Assembly (NCBI GenBank): GCA_035649495.1
Contig: DASRJL010000014.1
Location: forward strand, 138 to 64,137
Reading direction: 5' to 3'
DNA from: Burkholderiales bacterium
GTDB taxonomy: Bacteria > Pseudomonadota > Gammaproteobacteria > Burkholderiales > SG8-41
Length of the DNA stretch: 64,000 bases
The notes below the pieces were generated by a model. It saw nothing but the letters and a program-made list of their open reading frames with translations, made no database searches and was not told where the DNA came from. Below, piece after piece: positions 8,526-18,091 of the stretch; positions within the stretch are counted from its first letter, which is position 1, and the number at the start of each line of letters is the position of its first letter. A program made the translations under genes and the position numbers.

Positions 8526-9734
8526 CTACACCACCCTCGCCGCTTGCAGCCTGCCGAGTTCCTCGCTCGACAGACCAAGCCGGCCGCAGTAGATCTCGTC
8601 GTTGTGCTCGCCCAGCCGCGGCGCCGCGCGCGTCGTCTGCATGACGTTCTCGCCGTCGAAGAAGAACCCCGGCCCGGGATACTTGAGCGTGCCCGTCTCC
8701 GGATGGTCGAGCTCCACGAAGAAACCCCGCTCGGCCAGGTGTGGTGAATTCACCACCTGCTCCGGACTCTGCACCAGCCCGACCACCAGGCCGCGGGCCA
8801 TGGTTTCGCGCATCAGGTCCAGGTTGTTCCACTCCTCGAGCTTCGGCGCGATCAGATCCCGCAGCTCCTGCCAGTTGTCCGTCCGCGACTGGCGCGTCGC
8901 GAATTTGGGATCCAGCAGCCGCGGCTCGCCCAGGAATTCCGCCCAGACCTGCATGGGCTTGCCGCCGGTGCCGGCCGTGGTGAGCGTCACCTCGCCGTCT
9001 TTTGTCGGCAGGTGCATGCCGTCCACGACGTTGAGATCCATGTTTCCCCGTCGGACATTGCGGCCCGTATAGCTGTAAGGGTGTATGAGTCCCTGCGGTG
9101 TGGCGATCGCCGCCTCCATCACGGAAACGTCGATGTGGCCGCCCTCACCCGTCTGCTCCCGGCGCAGGAGCGCAGCCATGAAGGCGATGACGCCGTTACG
9201 GCCGGCGGTGAGCTCCATCTGCTGCAGAGCCGTGCCCATCGGCGGCCCGTCCGCCTTGCCGGTGACCGCGTAGAGGAAGCCCCCCATCGCCTGGGCGATC
9301 AGGTCGTTTCCCTTGTAGTTGGCGTACGGGCCGTGCTGCCCGAAGTACGAGATGGAGAGCAAAATCGTTCCGGGATTCCCGGCGCGCAATGCCTGGTAGC
9401 CGAGCCCGAGGTCGGCCAGGTGGCCCGGCTCGAAGCTTTCGATAATGACGTCAGCGGCGCTTGCAAGCTTCAAGAAAAGCGAACGGCCCGCCGCCTGTCC
9501 CAGGTCCAGAGTGATTCCGCGCTTGTTGGTGTTGAGCGCCAGGAACGTGGTGCTCCGGTCAGGGTGCGCCTCGCCGCCGACAAACGGGGGTTCGTGACGG
9601 CCCTGGTCCCCCGAGCCCGGCGGTTCCACCTTGATGGTGTCGGCGCCCTGGTCCGCGAGCAGCTTGGCGCAGAACGCCCCGGAGGGCGCGTGGGCAAGCT
9701 CCAGCACTTTCACCTCTGAGAGTATCGCGTCCAT
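8526..9734 (-). CDS. family III CoA-transferase (CaiB/BaiF type)
   Basis: N-terminal VKVLELAHAPSGAFCAKLLADQGADTIKVEPP signature and the length typical of the family. Confidence 0.9.
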   Translation of the reverse strand: MDAILSEVKVLELAHAPSGAFCAKLLADQGADTIKVEPPGSGDQGRHEPPFVGGEAHPDRSTTFLALNTNKRGITLDLGQAAGRSLFLKLASAADVIIESFEPGHLADLGLGYQALRAGNPGTILLSISYFGQHGPYANYKGNDLIAQAMGGFLYAVTGKADGPPMGTALQQMELTAGRNGVIAFMAALLRREQTGEGGHIDVSVMEAAIATPQGLIHPYSYTGRNVRRGNMDLNVVDGMHLPTKDGEVTLTTAGTGGKPMQVWAEFLGEPRLLDPKFATRQSRTDNWQELRDLIAPKLEEWNNLDLMRETMARGLVVGLVQSPEQVVNSPHLAERGFFVELDHPETGTLKYPGPGFFFDGENVMQTTRAAPRLGEHNDEIYCGRLGLSSEELGRLQAARVV

Positions 9735-9776
9735 AACCGATCAACGATGAATATGAGACTGTGCGTGTTGCGCATC

Positions 9777-9954
9777 AAGGATGAAGGATGAACGTGGAAA
9801 GATGACCCTCACCTTCAGTGATAGTTGCTTGTCCCGGCCTTTCGGTACCCTCGGCCGGTAGCTTCCCGACCGGGCGGAGCGAAAGAGAGGGGCGCTTGAG
9901 CACGCGCAAAGCGTAGGGTCATCCTTCATCCTTCCGCCTTCATCCTTGTTCTTC
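9777..9954. repeat. inverted heptamer-array hairpin element (AAGGATG type)
   Basis: Left arm is AAGGATG AAGGATG AACGTGG. Right arm is CATCCTT CATCCTT CCGCCTT CATCCTT GTTCTTC. An inner stem pairs GATGACCCT with AGGGTCATC. Confidence 0.7.
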
Positions 9955-11200
9955 ACGGCGCCTTTTCTTCGGGTCGCGGCCTGGTCGAGATGACGCCCTC
10001 CTCCGCCAGCGCGCGGATTTCGTCCGGGGAGAGTCCCGCGACCTCGCGCAGCACCGTCTCGTTGTGTTCTCCCAGCGTGGGCACCTGCCGGATTGCCATG
10101 TTCAACCCGGGCGTGCGGAAGGGTCTGCCGGCAAAGGCGCGCAGACCCCCGGCGCGCTCGATCTCCTGAATCGATCCTCTCTCCCTGAGATGCGGATCGT
10201 TGACCAGGTCGGCCCCGGTCAAAACGGCGCCGGCGCAAACGCCTTGCGCCTGCAGCGACCGTGCCAGTTCCCGATCGTCCTGCGTTGCGGTCCAGTCTGC
10301 TATTTTCCGGTCGAGCTCGTGGCGATTCTGCCAGCGGCCTTCCATCGAGTCGTAGCGTGCCTCCTGCGCCCAGGGCGGGGCGCCCATGGCTTTCTTCAAG
10401 GCGGCCCACTCGGCGTCATCGGAAACCGCGATGGCGATCCAGCGATCGCGGCCCGCGCACGGATACACGTTGTGCGGCGCTTTCCGGAGATGCCCGCAGC
10501 CCAGCCGCGGCCGCGTTATGCCCCGCTGAGCCTCCAGGATCGCTGGGCCTATGCAGGAAATCCCGGTCTCCTGCATGGTGAGGTCGATGCGCATCCCCTT
10601 GCCGGTCCGCTTCCGGCGATACAGCGCGAGGAGGAGCGCGAAGGCCACGTTGTTGCCAGTGGAGTGATCCATGTAGTTGTTGCTCGCTCTCACCGACGGG
10701 CCGCCCTCGTAGCCGGTGAGGTAGGACATGCCGCTCGACGCATCCACGGTGCGGGCACGAGACCCGGCGCTGCGCCACGGTCCGGTGTAGCCGTAAGCCG
10801 TGCTGGAGAGCGTGATGATGCGGGGATTGATCTGCGCGAGGCTTTCGTGGTCGAAGCCGAACCGCTTCATCGTGCCTGGCCTGAAATTGTCGGTCACGAT
10901 GTCGCAGTTCTTCACGAGCTTGAGGAAAACCTCCTTCCCGGCGGGACGGGTTACCTCCAGGCACAGGCTCTGCTTGTTGCGGACGCCGAAGTACGCCAGA
11001 TTTCCGCCCTCGTTCCACCACTCCGCGCCGGCCTTGCCATTGGGGAACGGCCCGGACTTGCGGTCCTGGAGGTGATCCAGGCTTTCGATGCGGATCACCT
11101 GGGCGCCCAGGTCCGCCAGGAAGGCGGTACCCCAGGGAAGAGCATGGACCTGCTCCAGCGTTAGGACCCTGACTCCCTCGAGCGGCAGCGCTGCTGACAT
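9953..11200 (-). CDS. family III CoA-transferase
   Basis: VRVLTLEQVHALPWGTAFLADLGAQVIRIES signature. GAGGAAA RBS. Confidence 0.9.
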   Translation of the reverse strand: MSAALPLEGVRVLTLEQVHALPWGTAFLADLGAQVIRIESLDHLQDRKSGPFPNGKAGAEWWNEGGNLAYFGVRNKQSLCLEVTRPAGKEVFLKLVKNCDIVTDNFRPGTMKRFGFDHESLAQINPRIITLSSTAYGYTGPWRSAGSRARTVDASSGMSYLTGYEGGPSVRASNNYMDHSTGNNVAFALLLALYRRKRTGKGMRIDLTMQETGISCIGPAILEAQRGITRPRLGCGHLRKAPHNVYPCAGRDRWIAIAVSDDAEWAALKKAMGAPPWAQEARYDSMEGRWQNRHELDRKIADWTATQDDRELARSLQAQGVCAGAVLTGADLVNDPHLRERGSIQEIERAGGLRAFAGRPFRTPGLNMAIRQVPTLGEHNETVLREVAGLSPDEIRALAEEGVISTRPRPEEKAP

Positions 11201-11215
11201 CGGTTTCCTCTAAAA

Positions 11216-11242
11216 GCGCCTGTCACCTTGCAGGACAGGCGC
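11216..11242. promoter_or_regulatory. hairpin/operator-like palindrome in the divergent CoA-transferase promoter region
   Basis: GCGCCTGTC-N9-GACAGGCGC. CGCCTGTCAC recurs at 11267-11276, and CTGTCC recurs at 11330-11335 and 11349-11354. Confidence 0.4.
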
Positions 11243-11409
11243 CCTGAAGATATCACCAATCACTTGTCGCCTGTCACGCCGTTCAGCGCCGGCACGACGC
11301 GGGAGGGAACGGCGCCGGCCGCGAGATATCCTGTCCATCTTGTGAATTCTGTCCGTTTCCTCTCCGCAACCTTTATTATCCGCGAATCATCTCGAAGACA
11401 GGGTGAGCG

Positions 11410-12648
11410 ATGAGCGGGGTTTACGAGGGCCTCACGGTGGTCGAGCTTGCCGATCGCCGCAACCAGTGGGCAGGCAAGCTGCTGTCGGACGGGGGCGCCC
11501 GCGTGATCCAGATCGAGCCCATCCAGGGAAGCCCCGGCCGGTGGTGCGGCCCCTTCGTCGACGACAAGGTCGATCCCGACCGCTGCCTCGACTACTGGTG
11601 GAACAACACGGGCAAGCAGAGCGTGGCAATGGATATCGGGCGCGACCCTGCCCGGGATCTCCTGAGGAAACTCCTTGCCGGCGCCGACGTGTTCCTCGAG
11701 AGCACGCGGCCGGGCACACTGGCGAAGCTCGACCTGGACTACGGCGCCGTCGGCGCCAGCAAGGCGTTGATCTACGCCTCGCTCACCGACTTCGGCCAGG
11801 ACGGGCCGTGGCGCGATCTGCAGATGAACGACGCCGCTCATCTCGCCCTCGGCGGCCAGATGTCGAGCTCGGGCTACTCGGATCCCGCCGCCACGCCGAT
11901 CGGCGGACAGGGCCACCAGGCGTGGCACATGGGCTGCGCGTTCGTCCTGCACGGCATCACCGTGGCTCTGTTCGACCGGATGACCTCGGGTGAAGGCCAG
12001 TACATCGACGTCTCGATCCACGACGCCTGCGCTATCGGCACCGAGGCCGCGGTGCCGCAGTGGATGTACTACGGCTCGACGATGTACCGTCAGACCGGCA
12101 TGCACGCGAATGCCAAGCGGCAGCCGCCCCTGCAGCTACCGACTGCCGACGGCAAGCACATGATCGCCGTGATGCAGAACTTCGGTCCGCGGGTATGGGA
12201 GAGGCTGATCAAATGGATGGACGAGAAAGGCGTAACGGGCGAGCTGCACGATCCCAAGTACAACGACGAGGCGTTTCGCATGTCCGAGTACCGTACGGGC
12301 AATGTCGTCCGTGACGCCATCGCGCGCCTGATCGCAGCCAGCAACGGTGAAGAATGCTTCCATCGCGCGCAGTCGTACGGCATCTCGTGGGGCCTCGTTC
12401 ACGCTTGCGAAGAGAATTACGACATCCCGCATTATCAGCAGCGCAAATACTGGCGCTCGATCGAGCACCCGGAGATCGGCCGCGCCATTCCCTATCCGCG
12501 CGGGCCGGTCGCGTGCGATGAGATTGGAATCGAACCCAGGCGCCGTGCGCCGCATCTCGGCGAGCACACCCGGCAAATCCTCCAGGGGGACCTCGGCATG
12601 AACGAAAAAGAGATCACGGCGCTCGCCGCGTCGGGAGCCATACGATGA
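11410..12648 (+). CDS. family III CoA-transferase
   Basis: LTVVELADRRNQWAGKLLSDGGARVIQIEP signature. Confidence 0.9.
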   Translation: MSGVYEGLTVVELADRRNQWAGKLLSDGGARVIQIEPIQGSPGRWCGPFVDDKVDPDRCLDYWWNNTGKQSVAMDIGRDPARDLLRKLLAGADVFLESTRPGTLAKLDLDYGAVGASKALIYASLTDFGQDGPWRDLQMNDAAHLALGGQMSSSGYSDPAATPIGGQGHQAWHMGCAFVLHGITVALFDRMTSGEGQYIDVSIHDACAIGTEAAVPQWMYYGSTMYRQTGMHANAKRQPPLQLPTADGKHMIAVMQNFGPRVWERLIKWMDEKGVTGELHDPKYNDEAFRMSEYRTGNVVRDAIARLIAASNGEECFHRAQSYGISWGLVHACEENYDIPHYQQRKYWRSIEHPEIGRAIPYPRGPVACDEIGIEPRRRAPHLGEHTRQILQGDLGMNEKEITALAASGAIR

Positions 12649-14048
12649 ATGCGAATATCCCTCAGAGTACGAAAATGAGCGCGAAATCCCCGGCGCGCCC
12701 GGGCGTCCTCTCCGGCATTCGCGTACTCGACTTCACCTGGAAAACCGTGGGCCCGTGGGCGCCGCGGCTTCTCACGCACTACGGCGCGGAGGTCATCCAC
12801 GTCGAGCGTGCCGGCGGCTGGGACGACCATCGTTACAACGCGGCGCCGAGCATAGTCAGCGACGAACCGCGGGCCGCCCAGCTCCCGGGCATGAAGAAGG
12901 TTTACGCGGACCCTCAATTCAACACGGTTCGCGAAGAGTCGGCAGCCGCCGGGCAGGGCCCGGGAGAGAAGAAGCTCTACGCCGCGCCGTACTTCAACAC
13001 GCTGCATCACGGCAAGCTCGCGATCAGCCTCAACACCAAGAACCCCGAAGGCCTGAAGCTCGTCGAGCGGCTGATCGGTGTTTGCGACGCGCTCGTCGAA
13101 AATTTCAGCGGCGAGGTGCTGTCGAGCTGGGGCCTCACCTGGGAGCGCATACACGAGTTGAACCCGCGGCTCGTGTACATGAGCTTGTCGGGCTTCGGGC
13201 ACACCGGGGAATGGAAAGGCTATCGCAGCTTCGGACCCACCGCGCAGGCCCAGTCCGGCTTGTCGCTAGCGTCAGGGCTGCCCGGCAAGCCGCCGGCCGG
13301 CTGGGGATTTTCCTACCTCGACGTGATGGGCGGGTGGATGGGCGGCCTCGCGCTGATCCAGGGTCTGCTCAAGGCGAAGAAGACCGGCAAGGGTTTCTAC
13401 ATCGACTACTCGGTCACCGAAGGCGCAATGACCATGGTCGGCACCTATATGCTCGATTTCCAGGTGAACGGCCGGCGCACGCGCCGCCCGGATTTTCCGC
13501 CCGGCAACCGGTCGATCTTTCCCGCCGTAGCGCCTCACAACACGTACCGCACGGCGGGCAGGGACCGCAACGGGCAGAACTGGTGGGTCTTCATCGCGTG
13601 CGAGACGCAGCCGCAGTTCGAGGCGCTGTGCGAGGTCATGGGCCAGCCGGGTCTCGCGCTCGATCCGAAGTTCGCCACCAACGAAGCGCGCGTCGCGAAC
13701 CAGGACGAGCTCGATGCGATCATCGGGAGCTGGACGCGGGCGCGGCGGCGCTACGGCATCATGCAGAGGTGCCAGGCGGCCAGCATCATCGCCGCGGTGG
13801 TGCAGAGTGCGGAGGACCGGGTCGAGTACGATCCCCAGCTTCACCACCGTGAAATGCACCCGATCATCAACCACCCGGAAATCGGCGACGTTCCCTACGA
13901 AGGGTATCCGGTGAAGATGTCGCGCACGCCGGCCTTCGTGCACGGGCGCGCGCCGGTGCTGGCCGAGCACAACGGGTACGTCTACGGCGAGCTCCTGGGC
14001 ATGAGCGAGGCGGAAATCGCCTCGTACCGTGAACGCGGAGTGATTTAA
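12645..14048 (+). CDS. family III CoA-transferase
   Basis: IRVLDFTWKTVGPWAPRLLTHYGAEVIHVE signature. ATGA start/stop overlap with the preceding gene suggests translational coupling. Confidence 0.9.
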   Translation: MNANIPQSTKMSAKSPARPGVLSGIRVLDFTWKTVGPWAPRLLTHYGAEVIHVERAGGWDDHRYNAAPSIVSDEPRAAQLPGMKKVYADPQFNTVREESAAAGQGPGEKKLYAAPYFNTLHHGKLAISLNTKNPEGLKLVERLIGVCDALVENFSGEVLSSWGLTWERIHELNPRLVYMSLSGFGHTGEWKGYRSFGPTAQAQSGLSLASGLPGKPPAGWGFSYLDVMGGWMGGLALIQGLLKAKKTGKGFYIDYSVTEGAMTMVGTYMLDFQVNGRRTRRPDFPPGNRSIFPAVAPHNTYRTAGRDRNGQNWWVFIACETQPQFEALCEVMGQPGLALDPKFATNEARVANQDELDAIIGSWTRARRRYGIMQRCQAASIIAAVVQSAEDRVEYDPQLHHREMHPIINHPEIGDVPYEGYPVKMSRTPAFVHGRAPVLAEHNGYVYGELLGMSEAEIASYRERGVI

Positions 14049-14080
14049 CGGGCTGGAGTGTAGAGCGAACGCCCGCAGTC

Positions 14081-14282
14081 GAAGGGTGAAACGACTCATC
14101 GATGACGTCACCCGAACATCCACGAGTCCCGGGACGACTTCCATCTTCGGTGTCGCACGAAATCGGTGCCATCAACTTTAGGACATCGGATCGTGACGGC
14201 ACGAGCAGTCGCCAGCACTTGCCGGAGAACGCGCGGGCCTTGGAATCCAGAGTTCACAACACTTGATGCGTTGGATCAGGGC
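14081..14282 (+). repeat. paralogous intergenic element family C, copy 1
   Basis: Aligns without indels over about 165 nt to the reverse complement of 23609..23815. Shared blocks are TTGCCGGAGAACGCG, GTGCCATCAA and TTCACAACACTTGATGCGTTGGATCAGGGC. Confidence 0.6.
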
Positions 14283-14406
14283 GTATGATGAATCACACAA
14301 CTCGGTGGTTCCCGCAAGCGGCGGCATACCATTGGTGCAATCAACCTTCTGACTCGACAGAAAAGGGTTTTTTCGAGATGACTTCTAGACTAGAGAGGAT
14401 CGGGCT

Positions 14407-15609
14407 ATGGCGGACAGCTTTGACCGGAAGCGGCTCGCGCCGCTGAAGGATACGGTGGCCATCGTCGGCGTCGGGGAGACCGATTACGGCGCCGACTACC
14501 GAGGCGCGGGCGGCAAGGCCGTCGGCAAGGGCGAGGCGCGCGTCGACCACTACACGCTCGCCTCGCGCGCGTTGAAGCGCGCGCTCGATGATTCGGGACT
14601 CAGGAAGGACGACATCGACGGGCTCTGCACGGGGCCCACGCTTTCGGGCGAGCGGGCGAGCGAGCTCTGGGGCCTGAATCCCCGGTGGAGCGGCAGCGGC
14701 GATGCCGCCCAGTGCATCATTGAAGCCACCATGGCCATCAACTGCGGCCTGTGCACGACGGTAGCCCTGGTCTACGGCAACGCCCAGCGCTCGATGGACA
14801 CCGCCTATGGCGGAGCGCGGGTGACGGGCGGCGGCATCACTTCCTACTTCTACTACGCGCCCTGGGGTCTGACGTCGCAGGGCGCCTTATACGCGCTCTT
14901 CTTCCAGCGCCACAAGCTTCTCTACGGCACCACCGACGAGCAACTGGGCGCCATCGCCGTGGCCTTCCGCAAGCACGCCTGCATGAATCCCAACGCGGTG
15001 ATGCAGAAGCCGCTGACCATCGAGGACTACATGAAGGCGCCGTATGTGGCCGAGCCGCTGCGCCTCTTCGATTACTGCCTCATCAACGACGGCGGGGTCG
15101 CCATCATCGTGCGCCGTGCCGACATGGCGAAGGATCTCAAGCAGAAACCCGTGATGGTGAGCGCCATCGGGTGGTCCGAGGAAAACGTCGACGCCACACA
15201 GCTGCGGCCGCGCCTCAAGGATTTCTACCATACGGCACACCGCGGCGTGGCTGCCCAGGTCTATCCCATGGCAGGCGTCACGCCCGCGGACGTGGACGTG
15301 TTCGCCACCTACGACAGCTTCAGCGTGCACCTGCTCGCCTCGCTGGAGGGCTTCGGCTTCTGCAAGGAGGGGGAAGGCGGCCCCTTCGTCCAGAACGGGC
15401 GCATCGAGGTCGGCGGCCAGCTCCCCTGCAACACCAGCGGCGGCATGCTGTCCGAGAGCTACATGCAGAGCTGGAACCACCAGCCCGAGCTCGTCCGCCA
15501 GTTGCGCGGCGGCCTGGGACCACGCCAGGTCGAGGGCGCGGAGGTCGCGCAGTACGTCCATGACGTAGCAGGCAAGTGCAAGAGCATCATTTACACCAAG
15601 AGCGCCTAA
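14407..15609 (+). CDS. thiolase-like protein (SCP-x/lipid-transfer type)
   Basis: Thiolase-fold pattern (IVGVGETDY, NTSGGMLSE). GAGAGGA RBS. Paired with the DUF35 protein downstream, as is usual for this family. Confidence 0.85.
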   Translation: MADSFDRKRLAPLKDTVAIVGVGETDYGADYRGAGGKAVGKGEARVDHYTLASRALKRALDDSGLRKDDIDGLCTGPTLSGERASELWGLNPRWSGSGDAAQCIIEATMAINCGLCTTVALVYGNAQRSMDTAYGGARVTGGGITSYFYYAPWGLTSQGALYALFFQRHKLLYGTTDEQLGAIAVAFRKHACMNPNAVMQKPLTIEDYMKAPYVAEPLRLFDYCLINDGGVAIIVRRADMAKDLKQKPVMVSAIGWSEENVDATQLRPRLKDFYHTAHRGVAAQVYPMAGVTPADVDVFATYDSFSVHLLASLEGFGFCKEGEGGPFVQNGRIEVGGQLPCNTSGGMLSESYMQSWNHQPELVRQLRGGLGPRQVEGAEVAQYVHDVAGKCKSIIYTKSA

Positions 15610-15705
15610 CGAAATGAGTGTCAGGCGCCCTGATGTAGGGGAGTATGGGGGGATCGCCCCTCGTTACGCTCTCCCCTCATTTGTTAGTACTCGAAGGGGA
15701 GCTGA

Positions 15706-16122
15706 ATGATGGCCACGCCGCGTCCGATCCGCTCGATGGACCCGTATGCCGAGCAGTTCTGGGCATACACGCAGAAAAAAGAATTTCGCCTCCAGAAATG
15801 CTCGGACTGCGGCAAGTTCCGCTGGCCGCCGGGGCCCACGTGCGACAAGTGCCTGTCCGACGAGGCCGAGTGGACCGCGGTCGCCGGCCGGGGCAAGGTT
15901 CTGTCCTGGACGACCTTCCGCCGGAAGTATTTCGAGGAATACCCGGCGCCCCACACGACGATCGTGCTCGAGCTGGACGAAGGACCGCTCTTCGTCTCCT
16001 ACCCGGTGGACGTCGAGGTCGCCAAGCTCAGTGAAGGCATGGTACTGTCGCTGCGCTGGACGGATGGCCAGGACAAGTTCGGCGAATACAATCTGCCGGT
16101 CTTCGGTCCACCGTCCGCGTAG
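15706..16122 (+). CDS. Zn-ribbon/OB-fold protein (DUF35 family)
   Basis: CSDCGKFRWPPGPTCDKC rubredoxin-like zinc ribbon followed by an OB-fold region. Confidence 0.85.
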   Translation: MMATPRPIRSMDPYAEQFWAYTQKKEFRLQKCSDCGKFRWPPGPTCDKCLSDEAEWTAVAGRGKVLSWTTFRRKYFEEYPAPHTTIVLELDEGPLFVSYPVDVEVAKLSEGMVLSLRWTDGQDKFGEYNLPVFGPPSA

Positions 16123-16311
16123 CGCCACGCCCACTTGCTGAAAGCGGTCTCAAGAGCTTTTTCGCCACAGCGGACACAGAGCTCACAGAGAAAACAAGAT
16201 CCCCTCTCCCTGTAACACGGGGCGAGGGACCATTTTTGATGACTTCTCGGCACATTAGCAGCGAGGCGGGCGGCGGTGATCGTAAGCAATTCTGAAGATT
16301 AGGGAGTCGAA

Positions 16312-17358
16312 ATGGCTGAAAGCGGAATGTACGTTTACGTGTCGCAGCAGGGAGCGAAGCAGATATCCGTTTACCGGATGTCGCCCAGCGGAGAGCTGAG
16401 CAAGATTCAGGACGCTTCCGTCACCGGCAAAGTGATGCCGATGGCGGTGAGCCCGGATCGCCGCTTCCTGTTTGCCGCGTTGCGCACGGAGCCGTACTCG
16501 ATCGCGAGCTTCGCGATCGACGGCGCGAACGGGATGCTGACCCATCTCGGGAACGCGCCGGCGCCGAACAGCGCGCCCTACATCTCAACCGACCGCACGG
16601 GCAGGTTCCTGCTCGGCGCTTATAACCCGGAGGCGGAGGAGGCTCCCCGCCGCACCGGCTGGATCAGTGTCAGTGCGATCAGTCAGCACGGGTACGTGCA
16701 GGCGCCGCATCAGGTAATACGCACCCCGCCCAAGACGCATTCTATCCTGCCGGATCCCTCCAACCGTTTCGCGTTCGTGGCGAGTTGCGATGGCGACGCA
16801 ATGGTGCGCTATGCGTTCGACGCCGCGACGGGGCTCTTCGATCCGGATCCGCTGCCGCCGGTGCACGTGCAGCCCAGGGCGGGGCCGCGCCACTTCGTGT
16901 TCCATCCGAACTATCGGTTCATGTACCTGCTTAACGAGTACGACGGTTCCCTCTACAGCTACGGCTACGACGCGCGCAACGGCGCCTTGTCCGAAATCCA
17001 GGTCTCGAGCACCGTGCCGCCGGATTTCGACAAGGAGCGCATCGTACGCGCCGCCGACCTGCACCTCACGCCGGACGGCAAGTGGTTGTACGCGTCGGGG
17101 CGGGCTCCGATGACGCTCGCCATATTCCGGGTCGATACCGTGACGGGTCGCCTGACGCCGGCCGGTCATATCCCCGTGGCCAAGGAGCCGCGCGGATTCA
17201 ACATCGATCCGTTCGGACGGTACCTCCTCGCGGCGGGACTGCTCACGAACAGCTTGAGCTCGTACCGGATCGATGCGGAAACCGGCGCGCTGACCAAGCT
17301 CGCGGATTACCCGACGGGAGATGGGCCGAACTGGATCGAGTTCGTCAGGCTGCCATGA
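16312..17358 (+). CDS. beta-propeller lactonase (6-phosphogluconolactonase/3-carboxymuconate cyclase-like)
   Basis: Repeated blade pattern (PRHFVFHPNYRFMYLLNE, DLHLTPDGKWLYAS, PRGFNIDPFGRYLLAAG). Confidence 0.8.
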   Translation: MAESGMYVYVSQQGAKQISVYRMSPSGELSKIQDASVTGKVMPMAVSPDRRFLFAALRTEPYSIASFAIDGANGMLTHLGNAPAPNSAPYISTDRTGRFLLGAYNPEAEEAPRRTGWISVSAISQHGYVQAPHQVIRTPPKTHSILPDPSNRFAFVASCDGDAMVRYAFDAATGLFDPDPLPPVHVQPRAGPRHFVFHPNYRFMYLLNEYDGSLYSYGYDARNGALSEIQVSSTVPPDFDKERIVRAADLHLTPDGKWLYASGRAPMTLAIFRVDTVTGRLTPAGHIPVAKEPRGFNIDPFGRYLLAAGLLTNSLSSYRIDAETGALTKLADYPTGDGPNWIEFVRLP

Positions 17359-17430
17359 ATTCGATGTCCAACCTGCCTGACGATCCCGATTTGCGGGATA
17401 ATGTCCGAGGCGAAATAACTCCAGAGACAG

Positions 17431-18048
17431 ATGCAAAAGACCTACTTCAAGTCGACGGCGGCGCTTGCAGTCTCCACGGTGCTGTTGGGTGCGTGCACCG
17501 TGCTCAAATCGATCGAGCAGGCAACTCAACCGCAGCCACGCACGGACCCACCCGCGGTAGCAGAGCCGCTGCCCGCGCCGAAGGCTGACCCGATGGCCAA
17601 TGCGCCTGGGGACAAGCCCCTTCCGGCAGTGCAGTTGGGCGAGATCGAACGGATCGATTGCATGAGCGGCAAACCCGATTTGCACGCGAGAATCGCGTTT
17701 GAAGCGCAAGGCGGGCAGGTACTCGGCTTTGCCTATTACAGCAGATGGAAGCCCCGGACCTGTTCGCTGGAGGTCAACCGCAATGCCGCCGGTACCAAAT
17801 GGCGCATGACCCCGGATGGCGCTGTTCGCGTGCATACCCCCGAAGGCCGATTTCTCATTCGCACGAGGGCCGATGCTTACGTGTTCGAGTTCGAGAACGT
17901 GCGACGCCAGAAATTTTGCGGGATGCCTGGAGAGATCAACGGCACCATGACCGTCAAGCGTGGAGCGGCCAAGCCCGAGTGTTCGGTGGCGGGCATCATG
18001 GATACCAACGACAGATACCTGGACAGTCTGTTGAAGACGAAAAAGTAG
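17431..18048 (+). CDS. hypothetical lipoprotein
   Basis: Signal peptide with lipobox (VLLGAC). No domain recognised. Confidence 0.6.
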   Translation: MQKTYFKSTAALAVSTVLLGACTVLKSIEQATQPQPRTDPPAVAEPLPAPKADPMANAPGDKPLPAVQLGEIERIDCMSGKPDLHARIAFEAQGGQVLGFAYYSRWKPRTCSLEVNRNAAGTKWRMTPDGAVRVHTPEGRFLIRTRADAYVFEFENVRRQKFCGMPGEINGTMTVKRGAAKPECSVAGIMDTNDRYLDSLLKTKK

Positions 18049-18091
18049 CCGGGGACTCGCGATAAAGTCGCGTCGTGAACGCCAGACTGCC

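Noticed and set aside
14099-14267. A small ORF conserved in frame and stop position between the two family-C elements (...AINFR.SD...LPENA...HNT*).
   Set aside because: Only about 6 of 27 differing codons are synonymous. Copy 2 lacks an ATG (only an internal GTG). The opposite strand also stays partly open. Conservation is therefore better explained at the nucleotide level, and the ORF is kept only as a note in the element finding.
14341-14406. An A/T-rich hairpin (CTCGACAGAAAAGGGTTTTTTCGAG) upstream of the thiolase gene, considered as a possible attenuator or terminator.
   Set aside because: The stem is weak and AT-rich with a mismatch, there is no leader peptide, and only a single occurrence was seen. 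Evidence is insufficient.
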